Part shown: one piece after another, positions 35,906 through 45,300 of the stretch | Layout: the number at the start of each line of letters is the position of its first letter | Numbering within the stretch: position 1 is the first letter of the stretch | From: Clostridia bacterium | Lineage (GTDB): Bacteria > Bacillota > Clostridia > Christensenellales > DTU072 | Length of the DNA stretch: 64,000 nucleotides | Reading direction: 5' to 3' | Assembly (NCBI GenBank): GCA_017403145.1 | Contig: JAFQOO010000010.1 | Location: 96,151 to 160,150 of the forward strand | Position numbers and translations under genes: made by a program | The notes under the pieces: model-generated | What the model saw: only the letters and a program-made list of their open reading frames with translations | What the model was told of the DNA's origin: nothing | Database searches by the model: none

Positions 35906-38900
35906 TGACGTCCTCCCTGCTCTTTAGTCTAGAAGGTGTAGCTATAATGGTGCGAGCTACGTCGCTTACAGGCACTTGCTTAGGACTTGCACCGCTAGCT
36001 TCTCTAGCATATTTTACAAGGTCGGTTAGGTTGCTCTTGCCATCTCCGTTATAGTCCATAACCTCGTCTTTAGCGGTACCGTTTGCAAGCATTCCCGCCA
36101 TACCTGATAGGTCTTCGGCATTTACCTTACCATCTCCGTTAACGTCGCCCTTGACGTATATGGTAAATACGAATACCTCTTGCCCTTCGCTGTTGACGAA
36201 TATAAGTTTATCACCCGTACCCGCACTCTTGTTCACGTTGTCGTTTGGTAACAAGTTGCCGAGCTTAACGCTACTATAGTTTGCGCTTAGATAATCGCTA
36301 ACCTTTACCGAGCCCAAAACGTCGCCTATGGTTGTTGTCGCGTCGAATGCGATTTGACGTTTGGATACGTTTACCTTGTATCCTTCGCCACTAACCTCTG
36401 CTACCGCTTGACTTTCTCTAGTAACGTTAATATTGAAGAAAGCACTTTGGCTACCGCTGGAAACGGTAACTCTTTGTTGGCCGGATATTAGAGTGCTATA
36501 GGATATCGTAAGGTTTTTCTTTATATCTTCCGCCTCGTAGCTAACTACACCCGCCGCCGCATAGGTTACGTTAACCCTTGCGCCCGTCCAACTTATAACG
36601 TCGCCGAACCCATAACTTACACGGTTAGGTACGTTAGCGATGCTTATGCTTGTAACGGTATCGATAACCTCTACGTTATAGGTAGTGGTATAGGTCTTTT
36701 CGTTATAAACGTAGGAAACGGTTATTTCTTGCTTACCAACCTTATTGGGATTGTAGCTGGTAGAGTAATCGCTTCTGCCTAACGTTTGGCTCCTTGATTC
36801 CTTTGCGTAATATACTCTAACGGAAATACTTAGTGCCTCGCCATAGGTGTACTCACTCTTGGAGCTAGCGCTAACCACTTCGAGTTTGGTTACAAAGTCG
36901 GGCACGATGCAACCACCGCTCCATACCAAGAAGGGTGATTCTACGCCCTCTCCAACGTAATAGATATATACGTATTGAGCGCGACCTACCGTTTCCATAG
37001 AGGAATTGAATTCGGGGGTATAGTAAAAGTCTTCTTCGTTATAGGGAACTATAGTTGTCGCTCCGCTAATCATAGTTATAACGTAGGTGGAGGTAGGATT
37101 AAACTTATCGCCTACTGCATATTCGGTTTTGGGCTTATCCTTGATTGCAATGCTCTTGAACGCATCGCCTACTACTAGCTTGAACGAGGTGCTTAAAGTA
37201 TTATCAAGCGCATAAGAAACGGTTATGGTTTGCGTACCTACCACCAAGTTTGAATAACTAGAAACGATATACTCCGTATTCTCTAAAAGCATTCTTCCGC
37301 TACGAGCGTATAACGCATATACGTCGAACGTTACTTTTTCACCCCATAGTATACTTACGTCCGCAATACTATCAAGCGACACTACGTAGTCGACTATGCA
37401 AATTTCCAACTCTAGCCACTCGCCAAGATATCTTGCTTTTAGGGTTTGTTTACCTATCAGTTCGCTATTATATACTATTTCCATTGGTTCTATTATCTCT
37501 TTAGAACCATCGGTCAAGGTCTTTTCAAGTTGGATATCTAGGTTGTTTTCATCTCCGTTTATAACGTGTCCGTACTTATATTCCGTTACCGCGCCCTCTT
37601 TAATCTTTACCGAAGTAGTAGGCTCAAGGGGAGATGCGTTGATAGAAAGACTCCATACCTCTATGGTAACCACGCTTAGCGAGTTACCCGATATCGTTTG
37701 ACGATTTACAAATATCTTTATTAGTGCGTTTTGAACGTCGTCCAAAGTGTTATCAAATGGAATCAAGGTTTCGCCCATAGTGTAAAGACTATAATAAATA
37801 TTATCACTTGCACTTTGGTATTTATTGATTTCAACGTCCTTTACACCTTGTTGAACGAGAGTGATGCCTATATATGGGTCTTTGCCCTTTTCATAATAGT
37901 AGCATAGGGTGTCTTCCTGTCTACCTACTACCTTGAATTCTCCCGCGATATCAACGTTAATTGCGGTTGTCGTACTCTTTTCTTCCTCGGTTTCGGGGTC
38001 AACGTAGCTTATTTTTACTTGGTGAGTACCCACTCTCAAGCTATAAAGTGCGTATAAGGGAGAGCTTTGGTCGCTTACCTCGGTGTGTTCGTCCTTTATC
38101 ATACACTCTATCAACTGTACTTGGCGCGTAGCTCCGCTTACCATATGAACGTCTACGAATTCGTGGCGGTCTATTTCCTCACCATACATATACGAGGTGC
38201 GGAGGGGTTGGAATGATATACTATTAACGTAATCAACTACGGTTATCTCTTCTTCGAAGGTAAATATCGTGCCCCAAGTGCCATCGGTATAGGTATATAT
38301 AACCTTTTGAACGCCAATAACGTCCTTGCGATAGCCGGAGTAATTGGTTGCGGTAAACTTATTGGGGCCTTCCACCTCTCCGGAAGCTTTATAAACCTTG
38401 AAGCCACCGCTTTCGGCGTCTAGGTCGTAATTATATAAATATCTCTTGGTGGGCTCGCTAACCTTTTCTACCCCCACTACGTAGTCTTTTACCGATACGG
38501 TGAAAGTAGTGGTAATTCCCATATAGGTTACGGTCAGCGTTTGATATTTAGAAGTCTTATCGGTTGCATCGTAGCCCGATATCATATCTTCCGTCATAAC
38601 GACGTTTTCCACGTTGGTACCGATAGTAACTTTCAAAAGATATCTAGAAGGGTCCAACGCCTCGCCATAGCGATATTGGGTAGAACCACCGTTCAAATCG
38701 ACTTCTATCTTGCTTACCGCACCAACAATAGTAACTACTATTTCGGCACTAAATCCTGCCGCTTCGGCGGTGATAGTCGCCTTTTGTCCTATGCTACCTA
38801 CCGCGTGAATTAAGCCCGCCTCGTTTACCGTGATAATGCTATCGTTAGATGAAGTAAAGATGGGAACAAGTGAGCCATAGGTTCCGTCTTCTGGTAGGAA

Positions 38901-41900
38901 TATAACGGATAAATATGCCCTTTCGCCTTCTAGAATACTTCTAGCTTCTTCGGTAAACGCAATGCCTTCAAGAGGCTTTTCTTCGAAAACTTCTATTGTT
39001 GCAAGATACGTTATGTCCGTTCCGTTGGCTTTTACGGTCAAGATTGCGGTTCCTACCTCGTTCGCAGTAATAGTTGCGGTATCCCTATCGGTAGCTTCTA
39101 CGCTTGCAATCGCGGTGTTACTAGAACTAAACAACATTCTAATATAGGTAGCGTTCGTGGGAAGGAAGGTAACTCCGCCTATTGAAACGGTGTTTCCCTT
39201 TGCCACTCTTATTTTGCCACCGGATATTCCCGTCATTCCAGTAATAGAGGTTAACTCAACGTAATTGGAATATAGCAAGTTGCCTACTCCTTCGTTTGTG
39301 CAATACTTGGTAGAGCCCGTGCCTCTATACTCCACTACACCATCTTCGCGTAGGAATGCACTATGATATTCGCCCGCTGCAACGTCGATAATATCGTACA
39401 ATTCCTCCACGTTGCATTGTCCGTAGGAATTATCACCTGTTGCAATAACCTTGCCCTCTTCGGTGATAGCTACAATATGATGAGTGCCTGCGGAAACCTT
39501 TTTAACGCCACTAAAAGCAGTCAAATCCGCGCTCGGTAAAGTACCCGCTATTTGCACGCTTCCGTCGTTCTTGAGGGCGACAAGATAGTTTAGACCTACC
39601 CCTATTTGTTTTACGTTGGTAAGGGTGCTAATCGTGGCTTTTTCGCTTTCGGTAAAGTTACCGGCAACCACAACTTCACCGGTAATGGTTAGTCCAGCCA
39701 CCCTCTTGCCCATAGCGGAAATAGCTTGTATACCGCTCCAAGAGGATACTTCTAGTTGTTGCTTATCGTTAAGTCCCGTTACAACCACCGTTCCATTGGT
39801 CTTTAGTCCGTAGCTACAATAGGTGCCCGCCGCCACCGCCTTAACGTCGTACCAAGAGGATACTTGGGTTTCGCTATAGTTATCATCGCCAACAGCTATA
39901 ACGTTAAGGGATTGAGTGAGCAATAAGGTATGAGTATATCCTAGAGCAACTGCGGTAACTCCGTCGATATCCTCTATATCCCATTGTCCCGTACCAAAAT
40001 TACCGCTTGCATCCACCTTTCCGTCGCGCTTAACGCCTACCGTCATTCTGGTAGAAGCGGATATAGAAGCTTTTAGCTCGGTTTTGGCGTTCACAATAGT
40101 ATCCCAACCGATGTTGGCACTATCGCTAACCGGTATTTCATCGATTACTTTGCTGTCTCCGTCGGCGTCAACAATCTTCAACACAGCGGTTACGGGCGCA
40201 TCGTCCCTAAGGAATGCTCCGTATGAGAATAGACCTGCAACCGGGTCGTTGCCCTTATCTGCATATATAAATTGACATAACGATTCTCTCGTTCCACCAT
40301 TATATTCTGCAAGGAATCTACCCAAATTCATATTATTTGTAACAATCGTGTTGCCATCTCTGTTACGAAGCTCTACTTGTAGAGCGGATAAATATTGGGG
40401 GTTTAGGCTATTGTACTTTAGGTTTACAGCAACGCCTGCGTATGCGGTAGAGTTAACCAGCTCTGCCGATTTTAGCGAAATTCTATCGTCGAAATATCCA
40501 TCGCTAACCATATCTTGACCGAGCTTGACGTTGAACTCTATGCTATCTTCACTTATAGAAAGGGCTTCTATTATAATATCGCTATTGGTTCCGTCGCTGT
40601 AATATATGGTTTCGGGGTCGTATAAACCTAGAGAAACGGTCTTACCTAATTTGGAATAATATTGATTATTGGGCGAAAGATATGCGTAATCGATATCGTA
40701 ACGACTGTTGTTATAACGGTCGGAAACGAAAAGCTCGTTACCCGTCATTTTAATGGAGGGACGGAATACGAAAACCTCGTCGGCCTTATTGCCCGTACCT
40801 CTATAAACTGCGTCCATATTACCGCGAGAATTACTAAAATCGCTTGGTTCTTTAATTCTATAAATTATAAGACCGCTTCCCGGTAGCAACGAGTCGTATC
40901 CGGAAGAGGTAACTTTACGATATTCCACCATAAAGTATTCGTTTTTCGAAGTGGGAATTTTATAAGCAATAACGTCGTTTTCACCGGTTTGAGTAACGGG
41001 TTTAAGGGAATACGTTCCGTTTTCGCTGATGGAGCCTATTTGACTATCCGCAATACCGCCTATATAATTTTTACGCATATATGCTAAAAGATATTGGGGT
41101 GTTTTCAAATCTATTTCCATCAAGTCCCACTTACCTACCGTAATGATATCTTGGTTTTGGGTTGTTGAACCATAGTGATACAAGTCGGGAGCGCCAAGAA
41201 CGTGAGCTGTTTCGTGGCAAAGCACGCCGAGAGTAATATCGTCGGAGAAGTTAAAGGAATATTTACCAACCTTTTTACCATTTACGGTAGTATAGTTATT
41301 ATCTCCGTCAACAGCATCAAGGTTTACGCTATGAGGCCATAGCAACGAGCCCCAAACCGAGCTCGATTTTCCGTGAACTATTATGGATACCGAATCTATA
41401 TAACCATCTCCGTTAACGTCAAGGTTGGTTCCGCTAGAGAATGAATAATGCTCTTTGGCACTGTTTATCGCATTGGATACTAAAGAAACCTCTCTTGCCC
41501 AGCGAGCATTGCCATCGGTATTATAATAATCACGTCTTTGACTATCTTGATAAACGTAAACTGCACCGTAATCGTTATAGGCTATTTGGGAATGAATGTT
41601 TACCCTATCGTTGCTTATATCTTGATAATAACTCTTCAAAGAGGTGTTTGAACCATTAAAAGTATTGATTAAACTGGTGCTGGGAACAAATTCTTCCCCA
41701 TAGAAGGATATAAAAATGGTTAGGTTTGTAATGGATACGTAATTGGTTCCGCTTGCAAGCACAGGGTCGGTTTCTATAATGGTCATACCATCTAGACCTT
41801 GCATACCTTCTTGCACTTCGGGGTGTGATAAATCGATATCGCTTCCAAGCATTCTAACGATTTTTGATAGCGCTTTAGCATCGCTACCATAGCTTACACC

Positions 41901-42230
41901 GCTTGGAGAGGGCTTTCCTCCCTCGTTTACAGCATATTCGAGAGTTCCCTTGTCTTCGTCTTTAACAAGCACGTAGCCCTCGTTATCGTGGGCGTAGGAA
42001 TAATACTCGTTACCGCTTTCGTAGTAATATGCGGTTTTACCCGAAGCAAGCTCCATTTCGCGTAAGAAGGTAAATTCACCATAGTCGTAGTTTTGCTTCA
42101 ATTCCCCCGCTTCCACTACTTTATCCACGTTAAAATCTACACAAACCAAAGCTATGGCACATAGCACCATAACCAAACAAACTATCAAAATTTTCCCGTT
42201 AAATCTTGTCTTTTTCATATCCTTTTTCAT
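35898..42230 (-). CDS. 2,110-aa secreted multidomain protein: signal anchor, M6 (InhA-like) metalloprotease domain, RCC1 repeats, Big_2 and Big_3-type Ig repeats, C-terminal dockerin
   Basis: TM/signal ILIVCLVMVLCAIALVCV. Zinc site CHETAHVLGAPDLYH (codons at ~41216). RCC1-like blades (GYTHTLLLTQ..., AGTYCSYGLKTNGTVVVTG, AGTHHIVAITEEGKVIATGDNSYGQC, AGEYHSAFLREDGVV). Big_2 (ATITANEVGTAILTVKA; ATITAEAAGFSAEIVVTI). At least 7 Big_3-like units (...QTLTVTYMGITTTFTVSV...). Dockerin at the C-terminus. Confidence 0.85.
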   Translation of the reverse strand: MKKDMKKTRFNGKILIVCLVMVLCAIALVCVDFNVDKVVEAGELKQNYDYGEFTFLREMELASGKTAYYYESGNEYYSYAHDNEGYVLVKDEDKGTLEYAVNEGGKPSPSGVSYGSDAKALSKIVRMLGSDIDLSHPEVQEGMQGLDGMTIIETDPVLASGTNYVSITNLTIFISFYGEEFVPSTSLINTFNGSNTSLKSYYQDISNDRVNIHSQIAYNDYGAVYVYQDSQRRDYYNTDGNARWAREVSLVSNAINSAKEHYSFSSGTNLDVNGDGYIDSVSIIVHGKSSSVWGSLLWPHSVNLDAVDGDNNYTTVNGKKVGKYSFNFSDDITLGVLCHETAHVLGAPDLYHYGSTTQNQDIITVGKWDLMEIDLKTPQYLLAYMRKNYIGGIADSQIGSISENGTYSLKPVTQTGENDVIAYKIPTSKNEYFMVEYRKVTSSGYDSLLPGSGLIIYRIKEPSDFSNSRGNMDAVYRGTGNKADEVFVFRPSIKMTGNELFVSDRYNNSRYDIDYAYLSPNNQYYSKLGKTVSLGLYDPETIYYSDGTNSDIIIEALSISEDSIEFNVKLGQDMVSDGYFDDRISLKSAELVNSTAYAGVAVNLKYNSLNPQYLSALQVELRNRDGNTIVTNNMNLGRFLAEYNGGTRESLCQFIYADKGNDPVAGLFSYGAFLRDDAPVTAVLKIVDADGDSKVIDEIPVSDSANIGWDTIVNAKTELKASISASTRMTVGVKRDGKVDASGNFGTGQWDIEDIDGVTAVALGYTHTLLLTQSLNVIAVGDDNYSETQVSSWYDVKAVAAGTYCSYGLKTNGTVVVTGLNDKQQLEVSSWSGIQAISAMGKRVAGLTITGEVVVAGNFTESEKATISTLTNVKQIGVGLNYLVALKNDGSVQIAGTLPSADLTAFSGVKKVSAGTHHIVAITEEGKVIATGDNSYGQCNVEELYDIIDVAAGEYHSAFLREDGVVEYRGTGSTKYCTNEGVGNLLYSNYVELTSITGMTGISGGKIRVAKGNTVSIGGVTFLPTNATYIRMLFSSSNTAIASVEATDRDTATITANEVGTAILTVKANGTDITYLATIEVFEEKPLEGIAFTEEARSILEGERAYLSVIFLPEDGTYGSLVPIFTSSNDSIITVNEAGLIHAVGSIGQKATITAEAAGFSAEIVVTIVGAVSKIEVDLNGGSTQYRYGEALDPSRYLLKVTIGTNVENVVMTEDMISGYDATDKTSKYQTLTVTYMGITTTFTVSVKDYVVGVEKVSEPTKRYLYNYDLDAESGGFKVYKASGEVEGPNKFTATNYSGYRKDVIGVQKVIYTYTDGTWGTIFTFEEEITVVDYVNSISFQPLRTSYMYGEEIDRHEFVDVHMVSGATRQVQLIECMIKDEHTEVSDQSSPLYALYSLRVGTHQVKISYVDPETEEEKSTTTAINVDIAGEFKVVGRQEDTLCYYYEKGKDPYIGITLVQQGVKDVEINKYQSASDNIYYSLYTMGETLIPFDNTLDDVQNALIKIFVNRQTISGNSLSVVTIEVWSLSINASPLEPTTSVKIKEGAVTEYKYGHVINGDENNLDIQLEKTLTDGSKEIIEPMEIVYNSELIGKQTLKARYLGEWLELEICIVDYVVSLDSIADVSILWGEKVTFDVYALYARSGRMLLENTEYIVSSYSNLVVGTQTITVSYALDNTLSTSFKLVVGDAFKSIAIKDKPKTEYAVGDKFNPTSTYVITMISGATTIVPYNEEDFYYTPEFNSSMETVGRAQYVYIYYVGEGVESPFLVWSGGCIVPDFVTKLEVVSASSKSEYTYGEALSISVRVYYAKESRSQTLGRSDYSTSYNPNKVGKQEITVSYVYNEKTYTTTYNVEVIDTVTSISIANVPNRVSYGFGDVISWTGARVNVTYAAAGVVSYEAEDIKKNLTISYSTLISGQQRVTVSSGSQSAFFNINVTRESQAVAEVSGEGYKVNVSKRQIAFDATTTIGDVLGSVKVSDYLSANYSSVKLGNLLPNDNVNKSAGTGDKLIFVNSEGQEVFVFTIYVKGDVNGDGKVNAEDLSGMAGMLANGTAKDEVMDYNGDGKSNLTDLVKYAREASGASPKQVPVSDVARTIIATPSRLKSREDVNE
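35997..36149 (-). other. Type I dockerin module (two EF-hand-like Ca2+ loops)
   Basis: GDVNGDGKVNAEDLSGMAGMLANG...MDYNGDGKSNLTDLVKYAREA: a duplicated DxNxDGxxxxxD loop plus helix. Confidence 0.75.
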
Positions 42231-42263
42231 AATCTACCCGCCCGTAGATATTTATACACAATA

Positions 42264-42292
42264 ATTATACTATGAAATAGTATAATCGTCAA
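42264..42292 (-). promoter_or_regulatory. Sigma-A promoter TTGACG-17-TATAAT of the 2,110-aa gene, with embedded palindrome
   Basis: On the minus strand, TTGACG is at 42292-42287 and TATAAT at 42269-42264. The spacer and -10 lie within the palindrome ATTATACTAT-ttc-ATAGTATAAT (42264-42286). Confidence 0.55.
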
Positions 42293-42324
42293 TATGCCAA
42301 AAAATTGATATCTAAAGCCCCTAT

Positions 42325-42360
42325 CAACAAAAAAAGCTCCGAATTTCTTCGGAGCTTTTA
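42325..42360 (-). terminator. Strong rho-independent terminator of the giant gene
   Basis: On the minus strand: AAAAGCTCCGAA-gaaa-TTCGGAGCTTTT followed by TTTTGTTG, starting 13 nt after the stop codon. Confidence 0.8.
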
Positions 42361-42372
42361 TTGGAATAGTTA

Positions 42373-45300
42373 TTATACTATATCGATTGAGCAGAACAAC
42401 GTTAGCTTGTTGCTGTCGCTGAACGCCATTTCGGTTACTAGGGTGTATCTACCGTTTTGACGACTGCGTTCTGTGGTGATTGCACCAAATCCGCCGTTTA
42501 CCAACGAACCATAGGTTCCGTTCAAGGGGTTCCACTTGTTCGGGTCTTCCTTGCTGTTGGTGTAGTATACCTTTGCGTTTTGCCACGGGATGAGATACAT
42601 CAAGTCGTATTCGAAGCCTGCCATAGTTTGTGATTCGAATACTCCCATAAATCCGCCGGGGTTGTATTCAACGGTAGGTCTGCTTTCGGTTACTGCTATG
42701 GTGGGCAAGTTCCTCAAGTCGAAGGTACTGTTGATTGCAACGCTTATTACAGGTACTGCAGTTTGTTGGAATCTATTGTTGTTGTAAGTTACTTTGTAGC
42801 TCGTAGCGTTCTTGGGCATAGTTACCGAGGAGTCGCCTGTTACCGTTACTGCACCTAACGCACTCATATTCATAGGATAGGTCCAAGTATCGGGTACTAA
42901 AGGTCTGATTTCGCTATATCCAAACATTGCGTCGGGATGATAGATATATGCACCAAAGTCTTTCAAGTTGTCATAAGGTCCACTGCCACCGCCGGCATCT
43001 CTTACAGGAGTTGCATCTTGGATGATGGGGTCGCGATATACTGCAAATACAATCTTGCCACCTACCGATTTGTTGGGCTTGGGATATGCACGATACTTGG
43101 TTGCGTCCCAAGTGATATAGCTTACGTAACCCGAACCATCGCTTACCTTTTGGTCTCCGCCATCGTTGAAGGAATAGTGGTAAGAAGGAGTATGCTTTTC
43201 TGCAACAACCTTGTATTCTTCGCCTTCCACTCTCTTTACGCCCAAGGGGTAAGTATCGTTTGCACTTCCGCCTACCGAGTAGTAGCTAGACATTCCGGTG
43301 GAGTAATGTAGCGGTATCTTTCTAGCTTGGTTCAAGGTCGAACCGCTGAATAGTTGCTTATAGGTGCTATCAAGGGTAATGGTTTCTTCCATTTGCATTG
43401 CGTACATTGTGGGTACGGTGTTATTTACTAGAGCCTTAGCGCTATTTACGTAGAAGCCCCATTTTACCGTTTGACCACCCTTTCCGCCAAGCGTCATAGT
43501 TGCGTATTGCATTACGGTGGAAGGTGCGTTCCAGTTTACCATATCGAAGTTCCACTTCATATAGTTATCACGGAATGAGCCACCGCCCGCTACTCCGGTG
43601 AAGGAGAAGGTACGTGCATCTTCTCCGCTAGTGAAGGTAATGGTATAAACGTCGTTTCTGTAAATACCGGTACCTGCTACGATTTCTATATTGCCTTCGG
43701 TGGAAACGCTCAAGATGTTTGCATCTCTTACGGTTTCGTTGCCGGGCATCAAGATTACTTCTTCTTTACCATAAGCATAACCTTCTAGGAACAATACGTC
43801 TTCTTCTTTTTGAGTATCCAGCGTCCACTCATCGGATAGATGGAACTTGAAGTTGTATACTTGTCCGTCTAGGTCGAGTTGGAATGCGGTTGTATGGTCT
43901 AGCTCGTTATACTTGATTCTCGTGCGGTTGTTTACTACGTTATCCCAAGAGGTGTCGCTCAAGAATGCGTAGGTTGCATTGTCTATAGTCTCGTATTGAG
44001 CTTGAGCATCATCCATCTTAGGTCCAACGTATACTAGTGCTTGTGTGGGAACCGGTATACCGCCCTTACTAATGAAGTAGTACGGATTATCTACGTAGTA
44101 GCTATCTAGATAGTAGGAACCATATTGCGTTTCGAAACGTACTATAGCATCGCCGTCGTCGGTACCGAACGCATCGGGGTCTACTTGTTGTAGCCACTCG
44201 TAGTAATCGAGGTCGTAGTAATCGGGATTATCTTCGTTACCTTCGGCGCCTGCCTTGTTTTCGTTAAAGAATCTTACACCGTGTACGTAGGATTCTGCTA
44301 CGGGAACGTCAAATCTTGCAAGTTGTTGTCCCTTTGCACCAAGACCGAAGCCGGGGATGGTGATATAGAATCTTGCATCTTTACCCTTATGTCCAAGACC
44401 TCTTGCTCCGTCTAGGATGAAGCCCATCTTCAAGTTCATTTCACTTTCGGTAATAACGAACTTGCTTCCTTGTTCAACAGATGCGCTGTTTGCACTTGCT
44501 AGTGCGCCGATGGTGAAGGTGATGGTCTTGTTCTTCCAGCAATCTCTGTTGCTCATATTGCCGAACTCTACTACGAATGCTTCTTTGGTTCTGAAGTAAT
44601 CTGCAACTACCGATGCGCTTACGTCATCAACGTAGCTGTACAAGTAGGGTTGAATCATTGCGTCTTTATCCTTCAATACGTTGGTAAATCCGGTAACGGT
44701 TCTGTCTTCAACGATTACTTTGTAACGCAAGATTTGTTCGAACGTGCCATTGTAGCTTATGGTTGCGGTAACGTATCCGGTGTTAGAACCGCTATAGGTG
44801 CGAATTACCTTGCTGTCGTCCCATTCTACCAATACGCCGTTACCCTTTGTGGAGAAGGAACCAATCGTTCCGTCTGCGAATAGAACCTTGCTACCTGATT
44901 GCGGGTAGATATCGTTACGTCCTTCATAGGACTCGAAGGGGTCTATTTCAAAGTGAACGGTTGCGGGTGCGCCTTCGGGAGTAGTATCGAATGCATAAGG
45001 TACTTCGTCAACGTCGAACAACGATACGATTTGTCTATTTGCATAGTTTACGGGAATGGTGATGGTTTGATATCCACCAAGCTCGTTACCTATAGTTGCA
45101 TAAATTCTTGCGGTACCACCTTGAACGCCAATCTTACCTGCTTCTTTACCATAGGTATCGAAGATGGTCAACGCATCGGTGCGGTCGTAAACGATATCGG
45201 ACTCGAATTCTTGTCCCGATACGCTCATAAACTTACCTTGATGCGTTACGGTCATTTGATTTTCGTCGCTGATGCCTGCGAAGGGAGCGATTTCGGTAGC

